Assembly: GCA_964106915.2 (NCBI GenBank)
Contig: OZ066914.1
DNA length: 64,000 nt
From: Podarcis gaigeae
Taxonomy: Eukaryota
Reading direction: 5' to 3' (one strand)
How positions within the stretch are numbered: position 1 is the stretch's first letter; the number at the start of each line of letters is the position of its first letter. Below, piece by piece: positions 34,303 through 46,840 of this stretch. A model generated the notes under the pieces. The model worked only from the letters and a program-made list of their open reading frames with translations, did not search any database and was not told the origin of the DNA. The position numbers were made by a program, and so were the translations under genes.

Positions 34303-34468
34303 GGGAGAGAGGCCATAGTTCAGTGGTATAACACGTGCTTTGAATGTAGTGTGTTTCTGGTTCACTTCCCAGAATTTATGGCTGGAAAATCTCCTTGAGA
34401 GATGCTATTGGTCAATATTGAGATGGATGGACCAGTGATCTGACTCATTATAAAGAAGCTTCCTATGG
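34303..34468 (+). mobile_element. tRNA-derived SINE (degraded)
   Basis: GGCCATAGTTCAGTGGTA head and GATGGACCAGTGATCTGACTCA...GCTTCCTATG tail. Confidence 0.6.
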
Positions 34469-35305
34469 TTTGGAATTATGTCTGTGTCCATATCTGTCTA
34501 TCTCACTGTCTCTCCCCGGCTCGTCCTACAAGCTCTATGCAGTGGTTGCACATTTTTGTATGTGTGCGAGAAGGATGCTTTAATTGTGTGTTTTGAAAAA
34601 ATAAATTTGGGGTAAGATTTATGCTTCCCCCCAATCATCGTTCCACTATTAAAGACTGAAAGTAAACATTCAAATGGCAGTGTTTTTCTCATTGCACATT
34701 GGAACTATCTAAAAAGCAAATTCAACTTGTCTTGGGTATGAATACAGTTTTCCTTATTTAGTCTAACAGGTTTCTTGTGTGTAATTACTAATCGAATTCA
34801 ACTTTGTATATTACCTTTGTATGGATATGGCAATACTGGGTAATTATTTCTGAGTACTCATTGTGTAAGAACCCTTAAAATAACTGAGCCAATTAAAAAC
34901 ATGCAAAGAATAAGACAGCAATATTAGGATTGGAATAGAAGGCAACTAACAACTTGTTTGATTTTAGTTTAATACTGTATTGTCTAATAAGTCAATATTG
35001 CCCTTGTGTCAGTCGTGTCCCATCTTTTAATTGCAAGAGAGCAATAAAATTCAAATTGCACCTTAAAGCAAAGGTGGTGTGAAAACCCATTAGTTACAGT
35101 ACTAATAGGTGCATGCCATGCATCCTTGATTATTATTAGACCCATCAATATTTTGGTTAAATGATCAGTCCTACCATCTTTGTTTTGAGTTTCTTGTCAT
35201 GGTAAGATACTGTTTTCCATTGCTAAGCACCTTCATTTTACTTTAACTATAATTGTTCTGAAGATACTATTCATGAAGCGATATAAAAGACAGCTACCAT
35301 CGTAC

Positions 35306-35463
35306 CTTGCAAAGCCAACCCCACGACTTGTGCCATTGGAATCACGAAGTATTCTTGTAGAGATAACTTGCCCAAAAGGTTTCAGCATATTCTCCAGCTC
35401 TTGTTCATCCATTGAAAGTGGCAAATTGGAAATATATAGATTAGTTGGATCCTGCTCTTGTTG
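35306..35463 (-). CDS. RBMS1: RBMS1 coding exon 5 (158 nt): [52 protein letters not shown](R); RRM2
   Basis: RRM2 RNP2 (LYISNL) and RNP1 (RGVGFARM). Acceptor ttttcag|CAA, donor AG|gtacg. Confidence 0.97.
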
Positions 35464-38400
35464 CTGAAAAAAAAAGCAATAAAAATAATAATATTACTTT
35501 TCAGAAGAATATTGGAAATTTTGAACATAAAATTGTACCCATGAGACTTACTTTGCTGAGAAAGTCTCCACAATAAAGTGGTGCCAACAGTAGTCGAAGC
35601 TAAATGTGTAATTTTGAAGTCACTGAATAGCAGTCTCTCAAGACTTCCCTAGGAGATCAATGAAACTAGAGAAATGGCTGTGGCCAAAATGTATGATTAC
35701 ATCTATTCATCGTTACTATCATTCACAGAATAAGCTCTTCCTTCTTCTGACAACATAAGCCATTATCATCTCTAGAATTACATTCATGGGAAAATAAATA
35801 GATAAAAAGGAATGTATTTGCTGCACAATGGAAGGGCTTTTGCCATGCTGGATCCTGCATCCCTGAAAAAATTGTCCCAATTTTAATCAGTTAGCTAAGA
35901 TGATTCACATGAAAGTCTACAACAGATCACAAGGCCTATTTCAAAAGTTCTGAAGAATAAAGTGGCTTTGCTCAGAGTTGGTCAAAAACCCGTGGCTTGG
36001 GTTCAAAGATTCTGATGTGCAAGTAGGAGACCCTTCTGCCCATAGGTTTTCTGTTGCCAATTTCCCCTCTAGAAATCCATCTCAGGACTCCTATCCAACC
36101 CCCTGAAGCTAGCGAGGACTGCTGTAGACAGAAAGGGAATCTGTATGTTTGCACTGGAGTATTTGGCTCTAACTTGTTTTACAAATCTTGTTCAAGTGAG
36201 CTTGAGATAAATCAGAGCATGTATGATCAGGAGCTCTTTTTCTGCCTCCTGAAGGCCTTCCATATTTATTCCTGAAGGCCTTTCTGCCTTCCATATTTAT
36301 ATACACTATCTCATTCTCTCTTTGACAGGGAAGACTAAGAAGTCGTTGGCTCTATTTTAACATTATATAAAGATGCAGATTATGAATAAACAGATGACAT
36401 CAGAATAGTACAAACACCCCAAAGCAGTAACAAATTTAAAGTGAGGGCAACTTCCATGCATGATCAGGCTCTGAGAATCCATTTAGCAAAGACTCACGAG
36501 AAGCACATGCTTCTCAAAGGCGAGACAATGAAACTGAATATACAATACAAAATTATTCAGAAAGCATATGTGTCACCTCAGCAATTTGTAGCAGGTCCTA
36601 GCTAGTAAAAAGAAAGAAAGAATAACACAGCAATGCTTTTAGGTAGAGGATGCTTTTCGGCCTAACCAAAAAATACATCAGGCAGCAACACAGCAGTGGG
36701 CTTCTCCATGATGGCACCCACTTTATGCAATACAAAAGGCACCAACAGTGGTTTGTCTCAGTTACCTTTTAAATACCTTTTTTTTTTTTGATAAGCATTC
36801 CCAGATAATTGATACCAGCTTTTATTTCACCTTCCACACTGCATGGTGAATGTTTTATGATATTTTATAATACTGTTGTCCTGTTTCTGTAAAGATTTTT
36901 GAGATTATGTATCAAAATGTGCATGCTATGTTTCTGTTTTGAAGGGACTGCATTGTTTTATTGCATTTATTATAGTTATGTTTAATACCGCACCACGTTG
37001 AATAATAAATATAAGTAGTAAACTGGTCCTTGCAAAAGAAGAACTCCTGTGTTGGGCTTCCGCTAACAAAAAGCTTTCGAGTCTGTTGAATTCACTTATT
37101 TGCTTTTCCTCGAGCATATCAAAACAAGGCTGATTTTAAGTTAGTGTTCTTTTGTATGTATGCATGTTATTCTTCCTTAGGCACTCAAGGGATTAAGTAT
37201 CTAATAAGCATAAAACTATGTTCAGCATTTATTAAGAAATGGGGACAGCCAGCCGTGAGCATCGGCTTGAGCAGGGCAGGGGTGGCAGATGGGGGTGGTG
37301 TGTTGGACAGAAGAGCAGTAACTGGAGGTCCTGCATGGTGTAAAACTCCCAGTCATCATCTGAAACTAATTAACAAAAACTCCCTGTGTGTAGAACTGTT
37401 CCTAACATGCAAGGGGGGGGGGGAGCCCCAACAACTTGGCAGCATGATAAAACATCTGTTTTTTCTTCCATTGCAAAGGGTCACGGCTAACAGACAGCCA
37501 TTCAGAAAACATGTGACTGTATGGAAGACCCTTTTGGCAAAAGGGATTCGATCCTAGCTGGCCTGCCTTCCCATGGAAGCAGTGCTCATGTGTATTACTG
37601 AAGATGCACCCACAGTTAAATGTAAAACTATTCAGCTTCAGCTGCAGTGCTGTCAGTTACTGCTCTGACCCATTCAGCAAATGGGTTGAACTAGGCATCC
37701 ATATATGGCTATATTTCTGGTCTGGAACAGCCACAAAAATGCATCAGTAAAAAAGAACTCCCAAGTCTACATTAGTAAGCTAATTATCAGGGTCCTCTCT
37801 CTAAAAAAAATAAAATAAATTAGCATGCTTATTGTTTTTGTTCATTGATCTCAAGGAACTATTTAAAGGTACTTTGTTACAATGAATGCTGTTGTAATGC
37901 TAACAGCACGGTTAATTGTTTAATCATATGGTTTTCGTCTTCACGCACATCCTGTTTTTCCTTTTAAAAAGTACATGAAGCATGAAGTTGAAATAATTGT
38001 GCTCCAAGACCGCTTAGAACACAGAGCTCACCCTTGAAATCACAATCTCTATAATTAGAAGTCCCCCTCCCGAACAAGTTGAAATACTAAGCCTCTTAAA
38101 AAAAAAAAAAATGGTTGTATTTATTTAGTTTGGAATGGTGCCTCGTGTTGCCTATATTGTGCAATAGGTGCACAAAATAGGGGAAAAGATCAGCAGAGGC
38201 AGAAAACATCATAATTACAACAAAATTCATATGTTGTAGAAATTTTTATGGATGAATTGCAGCCACTGTGGATATACCTCCATGGCCTTTGAGGTCTGTG
38301 GCTGAATCCTTCATTTATGTTCCCAAATTTGTAGAGCCAACTTGTAATATAAAGCTGGGCCTTTTTTTCTAGTTATCATGGAGTCTACATTATGTAATTC

Positions 38401-40334
38401 TCTGTCTGGGAACAGTGGCTATGTAGCCTCCTCTCATAGCTTCTGCTGATATATTGTCATGCTTAGAATAAAGCAATTGAAATTGATGGGTCTTATATTA
38501 GCCACAACTAACTTACTGATTTCAGTAGGTCTACTGTAAGCAAGGCTGGATCCGATCCAATCTGGCTGCTGTCATATAGGTGTCCCCCTCCTCCCACTTA
38601 ATATTTTAAAAATTAACTGTTGCTTTAACAACTTTTGTTATGTTTTAATATACTTGCAAGCAGCTTTGCATTTTCTTTGCTCTGCAGAAAGGCTGTGACC
38701 CCCCCCCCCAGGAAGTTCCAGAAGATTAGTGGGGCTTATTGCAGATTTCCTTAAAAGACCATGTTAGTAGAAGCTCTCAGTATGCTGGGAGCACCAAAAC
38801 AATATCCCAACACATCGGGACCACCATATGTATTTATCTAGCTCTCTTTGAAAGCTGGAGAGAGAAACAGGGAACACAGATCCATTATGTTCCTTGGGGA
38901 TCACTTCCCAGTAAGTGGATATAGAACTGCAGCTTTAAACTAGTTAGAGAAAGGGGGAATTAAAACCAAAAACAAGAAACACACCTTGCATTATCTAGTC
39001 AAATATAAAAAATGCCAACAGAAGCATAGTTAACATTGTATGGCAACATTTTCAGTAGGCATGATTAATAATCCTTTCTGGTTCATAGAACTTGATTACA
39101 TTGCAATGGCAGGGGAGAAAGTGCCATGTATATCATGGTTCAGTATGTTACTTGCTTCCCAACAAGGGATATATATAGGTAGTGAAGTGAAATGATGCTC
39201 ATGTAACTCTTTCAAAAAATTGCCACCTGAGGAAAGATTGCGCCCCCATCCCCCAAATGATCTAAGTATTGCCGGAGGAAACATGTGTAGCAACCCACAA
39301 TAATATGGTAGTCTTTGGCACATTAGTGCAACTATGACCAAATTATTCCTCAGCTTGCAACTCAGTGCTGACAATCACAATCTAGTACCTCATTCATTCA
39401 TTCATTCATTCATTCACTGCATTCACATATGCCTTTCTGTGTGGGCACCCAAGGCAGCTTAAGATACTAAAGGACTAAAACAAAGTTAGCCCGATGGGAG
39501 GGGACAGTCCCACTGGAGCCGGCCCTAATGTTGTCTGTGCCTGCCTCCCTAGCCTCTTCTTCCTCCCCACAGGGCAGATAGTGCCGGAAGAGAAGTCTTA
39601 ACCTCATAGAGCTTAGCACAAGATTCCTCGATTCAATTCCATCACGGAACTTTCAGCACTGCTACTAGAAAGCTTCACTGAAACAGAAAAATGGTGTGCC
39701 ATTCATACTGGTCTTAAATCTATGTATGAACACAAAAGACAGTTTCTACTTCCTGATTATAGTGGCATTCAAACAAGACAAGCAGCGTGGCTGAAAGGGG
39801 CCTTTATTTTTCGCCAGACTATGGTTCCTAGAACATAGCTGAGCAAATCTGAAACAGCGTTTCTTTTCAATTCATGAAATGGAGACATTCCTAAGTGCCT
39901 TTTGGATAAGAGGACAACCCTTTGTATGAAGATGTTCAGGGCTTTGTTAAGAAAGCAATGCAATGAGACCTTTTAGAAGCTCCACGTGTATTCCACTAAC
40001 CTTATCTGAGAGGACCACAAAAAGCCAAAAGCATTCATGGGGGGAAAATAAAAATAAATACTTTTCATTTTGTAAGAGGAACTCTCAATTAATTAAATCA
40101 ATGGGCATATACTGTAGGCATGTATAGGTGTTCAGACCTCATTTTAACATTGCACTGAGCTCATAGAAATTAGGTGGAGTAGGCAAACTAACACAATCAA
40201 CTTAAGAAGTACACTTGAGTTCACGTAATCCAAGAGACCAAGCAGTGGTCCAGAGTAAGTATGTTGTAAGAGACATCTCACTCTACTATCTATGGTGATG
40301 TTCTGGTGTTTAAGTAAATATAATTGTGTGTGTA

Positions 40335-40910
40335 TGTCATGATATTAGAGTAATTAAGGTAAATGTGTAGGTAATTATGGTATTTAAATTAAGGTATGTG
40401 TTAGGCTGGGAGAAGGAGAGAGTTCTTGGAATGCTGGAAGTGAGTGGTGACTGAATAAGAGTTTGAGAGGGAGCCTCAACACTGGTGTGAGCCTGTTCAG
40501 AGAATAAGTTGAGTTTCAGACTGGGTGGTAGTTGGAGTGAGAACTGGAGGTGTTTAGAGTGTGTTTGGGTGGTGGTAGCAAGGGTTGGCATAATAGAATA
40601 GTATTAGTGCTACATAACCATTGCTTTATGTGTAACAAAGGGGAGGGAATAAAACATAACAGAAACCATACCCTTCTGTGCACTAAGTGATCACATAACT
40701 TCTGTTTTAATAAAATTACTGTATTGCACCACATGCCACTTATTTGGCTACATTACAGATGGGAAGGATGCAGGTACATTGTATGTGGGGTGGCAGTAAG
40801 ATTAAAGGGAGTTTACAGAAAGCCATTCGAAGCCCAGCTCAGAGCTGTACCTTTTGCAAAGAGTGAGAAGGTGGTAGAGGGGATTAAGAAGATTAGTCCG
40901 TCAGGTGACA
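40335..40910 (+). mobile_element. Putative solo LTR (Gypsy/ERV-like); left boundary uncertain
   Basis: TGTCA...TGACA termini, strongly G/T-skewed U3-like segment, internal AATAAA at 40709-40714. No TSD found. Confidence 0.4.
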
Positions 40911-43900
40911 AAAGCAACATAAGAAGAGGACAAAAAATAACCATAAATGAAACTGCTAAGGGTCTCATAAGCAATTTATTTATAAAAGCAAACATACTGT
41001 ATATTTTAAGATGATTACACAGCACACCCAGATATCAAGACACAGCATCAATAGCCCTTATTCAAAATAGGAAATGTTTTGTGGAAGAGCAAACACATTA
41101 AGATGTCATCTCCTGAACCCTTTCATTTATATAACAATGTTGTCAGCTGCCTAACTTTATAGCGCTAACCCCTTTAACCAGCCAACATAACGGTAAATAA
41201 CGGTCCCTTGCATTACACAAAAAATTAAGCTTACCTATGGGCTAAAACTACATTTCCTTCTTGATGCAGGTTAGTAAACATAGTGCTCAGTCTACAGCAG
41301 ACTAGATGCACAGGTTCTAGGCTAGTGTTCTCTGTGACATGTTATCTTTCTGTGTGAGATTTTCAAAATAAGCAAGCAAAGGAACATTGAAGCTTGTAAG
41401 CTTCTGTCTGCAATGGTTCAAACCATACACAGGTTTATACTCTCCATCAGACTAGGTCCAGGCCACTATATAATCTAGAAAATGTGGTCTCTGCATGCCT
41501 GAACCAGGATGACATCTCTAGTTAGCCAACTCTGCTATTCACATGTGAAGTACATTTCCCTGTCTCTCCCCTTTGCTGACTGAAACTCTGCTCATTCCAA
41601 ATACTATGGAATTAGATGCTTATCACTCATCATATGTAATAAGGGTGATGAAATTATAGTCACATTGCCTTTTGAGTTTTATAAGTGGACCCCATCAGCA
41701 CATACACATAGTTCAGAGCACTGTTGCCTTTTCAGATTTCTATCCTCTTGTATTTCCAACTTCCGTTTGAAATTTAAGAGCATAACCATGAACAAATTGC
41801 TGCTTTTAAAAGCATCACCACCCAAATTCACACAAAGAGGGCTCATTAACATTGGAGAGAAATGTGCACTATTTCCAGTTTTTGTTTTGTGTGTTCCTCT
41901 CACCCGTCACGTGCCTAGATATTAAATATTATGACACCACCATTAACACAGAGACCCACAGAACAGCCATAATGCAAGAAAGTCAAGTAAGAACAAGTGT
42001 GCATGCATGTGATAAAATGTGCATTAAGTAATAGACATATGGTTTTCATTTTGCTGTCCTGGAACTAATCCAAGGACATTTCAGGTTATTAGCTCCACTG
42101 TTCCTCAGTGGAGAATTTGGAAAAATATTGCCTAAGCTGAAAAAAGCCACCCTGGTTTATACATTACTCAAGAAGAAGCAGAACGGACAAGAAAGCTGTG
42201 CCAGATTTGTTTCATATTTAATCATTCTGAGGGGCTCTCACATTATTTAGTCACTTGAATATTTTAGAAAGTACTATGTTTTCAAACTTAAAAGGATAGA
42301 CTTTAAAGAATGATAGCAATATATGTATGTGCAGAAGACCTGCATCACTCATAGTTTACAATAGTTCCTATTATTGACAGCTGCCTGTATTATAATCTGT
42401 CACAACTGGACAAAGATAAGGACCCAGGCAGCAAAAGACTGGAGGCTCAAAACATGGGAAATAGTAAATACAATAAAATTAACTAACCTTGTGGAAAGGT
42501 GGGATATGTCTATAATATATTAGTGCACCAGAGTACAGGAGTACATACTTTTCAGGATGTTGCAAGTCACTTAAGAAATTATATATATTCTGTTTAGGTA
42601 AACAGTATTGTTGGAATAGATTTGCTATTACAATGTGTTGGCAGCTGATGACCACGCATCCCAGAGAGTTTTGTTGCCTTTATATCCCTATCATTATATC
42701 TCTATCATTAATGTATCTCTTTTGTTGTAATTATATTTTGACTGACTTGTAGCTGGATAACAACAAGAGCAACGACCATACCAATGGCTCCCACTTGCTG
42801 GTCTTATGAAAGTTTGACATACAAATAAAGACTATTTGAACTGCTCTATTCTAACTCTGCAAAGATTCACACTCTTCAGTCATTTTCTACTTCTTTCATT
42901 TCATATGCCGTTAATGCAGAGAGGTAAGCACTGAATTACCATTGTAAGTAGGGAAGTATGCTTTAGAAAAATTAAGTGTTTTGCTGCTATAATCAAAACA
43001 AAATTTTCCAGGAAATGGCAGGGACTTTCTATTTAATGAAGTTCAGATTCTGAAGAAAGTTTATTCCTGCCCCCCGCTGTTCAGTTCTTTCCACAAGAGT
43101 GCTCGTTCTCCTAATTTATATGCATTCTGTTGGCAACCTTTGGCCTTTATAAAATAGCAACATTTGTAGCATTACTCAGGCTGACTTGAGTTTTATCAGA
43201 TTACGATTCTTTTGGTGGCTGAAATGGCTGATTCTAGATCAGCAGAACCTGACAAAAATCCCGCAATTTATTTTTTAGTGAGTGAATCATGCCTGACATT
43301 TGGCTTCCTCCATCTCCAAAGCAAGCCATTTTTCTAGTCCAAGTTCCATGTGCTAGGCCACAGTATGTGATGGCTGGAGTTGCAACTATTTACAAGAATT
43401 TGCCACTCACTGGTTTTATTTGCAAGCATCTTCATATTGGAGTACTGAATGACCTCAGAACACTGGTTGTCATACTGTAGAGCTTGGTCTTTTGGTTCCT
43501 GATTAACTTGCATATTATGCGCATAACCAAGTCAACATACCTTTCTTTTAAGGGGAGTAAGAAGGGCGATGGGTAAATAGGCCTTAATGTGGACAATTGC
43601 ACTTCCCCCCCAAAACATAAATACAGCATAAACAGCAGAGTTGAAAACTGTTGTGTTCCATCTTTTGAAAACAAGAAACAATGCATGTTTCATTGTCATA
43701 ACAAGCTGCTGAGAATATGTGCCTGGTAGTGACATATTTTTTGTCTTGATGGTTAGCTTAGTAATACAAGTGGTACCTGCTGAGCATTTTGTCTTCATTG
43801 GGCTGTTTGGAGATTTCATCTTCCCTTACTTTTCTTCCTAAAGGTTTGTTGTTGCAACCTTGGGGTTTCCACTCCTCTACTGATAACCTCCTTTCTCTGC

Positions 43901-43925
43901 GTTGTTGTGCTGTTTTGGCTACATT

Positions 43926-44030
43926 CAGCGGCGTAGCGTGGGGGGTGCAGGGGGGCATCTGGGGGTTAGGGTTAGGGGGCGCAAATTACTTGCCTTGCCC
44001 CGGGTGCTGACAACCCACGCTACGCCACTG
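43926..44030 (-). mobile_element. hAT MITE family C, copy 2 (105 bp), inverted relative to copy 1
   Basis: Same TIRs and perfect 8-bp TSD GCTACATT. Confidence 0.92.
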
Positions 44031-44387
44031 GCTACATTAATCAACAACACTCATGGCTGCAGACTGGAATTAGAGGGGAAGATTCCAGGCATGCTCTGTA
44101 AGGTAGCCAAAAGAGGTGACTACTTCCTGAGTAAAGTATTTAGTTTCTCTTCAAGTGACAAATTGTCATCGCTATAGATTTATGGTAACAAAATCTAACT
44201 ACCCCAGGAGTAGTACTGTCAAAAGTCATCCTAGGTGATGGTTTAAGACCTTGCCCCATGAGCATGTTTTGTTTTTTTAAATGATGGAGGACTTCAAGTA
44301 CACATGAGAATGTCCATTATGAGAAGGCATTGATGAGAGGGCATTGATTTCATGCCAGGAAGGATCCACTATCACCAGAGTGTAGAG

Positions 44388-44520
44388 CAGGGGTGAAGAA
44401 TATGTGGCTCCCCAGGTGTTGCTGGACTATAACTCTTTTCTTATCCCCAGCCAATATGGTCTAGCAGTGAGGGATGATGGGAGTTAAAAAGTCCAACAAT
44501 AACTGGAGGCCATAGGTTTC
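44388..44520. mobile_element. Palindromic hAT MITE family E (degraded)
   Basis: CAGGGGTG...GGACTATAACTC...GGGATGATGGGAGTT...AACTGGAGG. Confidence 0.6.
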
Positions 44521-44560
44521 TGAGGTTACTCTCCGAATGATCCAAATGCATTTATCTTAC

Positions 44561-44652
44561 CTTTGCCATCTGTGCTTGGACTCCAGTGGCCTTCAGAGCG
44601 GATACTGCTTTCTGAGCTGCGGCTGGACTGTCAAAGTCTACAAAACCATAAC
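44561..44652 (-). CDS. RBMS1: RBMS1 coding exon 4 (92 nt): (G)[30 protein letters not shown]
   Basis: Completes RNP1 (KGYGFVDF). Acceptor ttccag|GT, donor AAG|gtaag. Read by hand; absent from the ORF track. Confidence 0.97.
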
Positions 44653-45274
44653 CTGGAATTTAAAACATCGCTTATTTATTGGGTAAGAAAAGCTGAAGTG
44701 TTCACTTCCTATTTCATCTGAAAGCTTAAGGGCAATGACTTATAACATGCATGTTTTATTTCATCCTCATAACCATCCCCTGAAAAATGAGGATGAGGAA
44801 ATAGTGTCTATGAAAGCACACTCTGCATCGTTTTCCGGAGCTTCCAAAAGGCTTTTTTTTCTTTAACTGTTACTACTGCACAATTCACTAGAAAAGAGAT
44901 GTTGTCTTAGTTTGAAACATTTCATATTGCAAAAAAACAAATATCTGAGACGTTTGTTTGGTTTTGGTTTTTTATTGGCACATGCTCCATTTACTGCCTA
45001 TAATGATTCCTTGTTCAGTGCCATATATAAGGCTATCACTTGTAGCCTTTTACAAAAATTGTATATGCACATTATTTGTACATCTACTGAATATACAATA
45101 TACAATGGGCATTCATCCATTAATGGTGATATCTCATCATGAAGAGAATGGCCAAATGTATTTAGCCCATATTTGTTGCTAACCCTTATCTGCACTGAAA
45201 TATGACTGCAATACCACTAAATACTACAATCTGCTTATCCAGACTTTTTTTTTAAAAAACCATGCTATTCTTGG

Positions 45275-45670
45275 GTTGGTTCATACTTGCACCATGCCAT
45301 GGTTCAATGCTTATGTTGGCAAGCTTCTGAGAGATTCAGCAAAGAGTAGGGTCTGCATGCTCCCCATCACCCACATGGCCAAGACTAGTTTGAAAGAACT
45401 ATGGGTGAGCAACATGCTTGAACCAAGAATCCTGGTTTAAAACAAGCAACAGACTGTTACAACAAGCCAGCTTCATAAACCATGGTTTGAAGTTGGCTTA
45501 TTTAGCAACTAATCATTGGTTGTTGTAAACTGGGGTGTAATACGAAGCGGATATTCTTTGAAACTAAAAGTAAATTAGGAAGATACAGCCATGCAGGAAG
45601 ATGTGAAGAAGAGGATGTGTCTGAGCTCATTAAAGCTTGCTCATGGTTTTTAGTGCTTTGTGCAGACCAG
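45275..45670. mobile_element. Old palindromic DNA-transposon-like repeat (family not identified)
   Basis: Central hairpin AACAAGCCAGCTTCATAAACCATGGTTTGAAGTTGGCTTATT at ~45460-45502 with loosely inverted flanks. Confidence 0.4.
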
Positions 45671-46598
45671 CAGATTTTCACTACATGCAGTTAAATTAAA
45701 AGGAGGAATGCATGCTGTCTGCTTGGGTGGACACTCTCATCACAGTCATCCTAGATGGGAATCCAGAAATCTTTATTAAACCCAGCCAAGGAATAGATGG
45801 CAACTGGGAGTGCACCCATATACTAAATTAAAGAGATTGTTTTGCATCTTCTTATATGTTCTTTATTGATGATGGTCATAGTGGTAAAACAGAGGAGATT
45901 AAGCAGTCTTTTTGGTGGTGGCACACATAACCTTCCCTGAGCAATAAGGCATATGCCAATGCTAGTTCAGTTGCTGAATACCTTTTTATTTACTTTCGCC
46001 TTTGTTGTTACAAGTTTTAATTTATTTGGAATATAGATTGTGTTTGGATTTGGATTTTATTGTGCATTGTATTGCTTTTTACTGTGGTGCATTTCCCCAA
46101 CTATCAGAAATGTTTGAAATTAAGTTTTTGATTAAAAGGGAGAAAGTAAACAAAGCCCTTTTTATATGCCTTGAATATGACATTTAAAGAAATGCAAAGC
46201 TTTACTTTGATATTTTTTTTAAAAAAATCACAGTAGATAGTATCCAACAAAGTAGATCTATTAGTGCAAAGATTTTCATTGGTTCAATGGAACTTTCTCT
46301 CCATATCTTCACCTAGGGTGACATTCCCAACTTTGTTCTGGAGCATTGCGGGAAGTCCCAGAACAGATTTAGGGAGTGCACAGGGATAAGAGTGGGAGGT
46401 GAATTTTCACTGTGCAGTCCAAAGTCCTTGTGCTTACAGAGATACTTCACTGGATACCCCCAATATTTAGAATATTTTATATATATATTCTAAACAAAAT
46501 ATGATATAATATATATTTAATATATTTAGATATTGTAAGTAAGATTACGTTTTATTCTCTTTCTTAAGAAAAATGAAGACACTATGTTGTTTCCACTG

Positions 46599-46840
46599 CA
46601 GTCGTAACCTTGGTTTTCGAACAGCTTAGTTCTCGAAAATTTTGGCTCCCAAATGCCACAAACCAGGAAGTGACTGTTCCTGCTTGCGAACTATTTTCAG
46701 AAGTTGAACGTCCAATGGGGCCTCTGTGGCTTCCGATTCTCTGCAGGAGCTTCCTACAGCCACTCAGAACCTGTGCTTTGGTTTTTGGAAGTTGAACGGA
46801 CTTCCGGAACAGATTCCGTCCGACTTCCAAGGTACGACTG
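46599..46840 (+). mobile_element. Tc1/mariner (Tigger-like) MITE family B, 242 bp
   Basis: TIRs CAGTCGTA(A)CCTTGG ... CCAAGGTACGACTG. Right flank TA, left flank TG. Confidence 0.85.
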
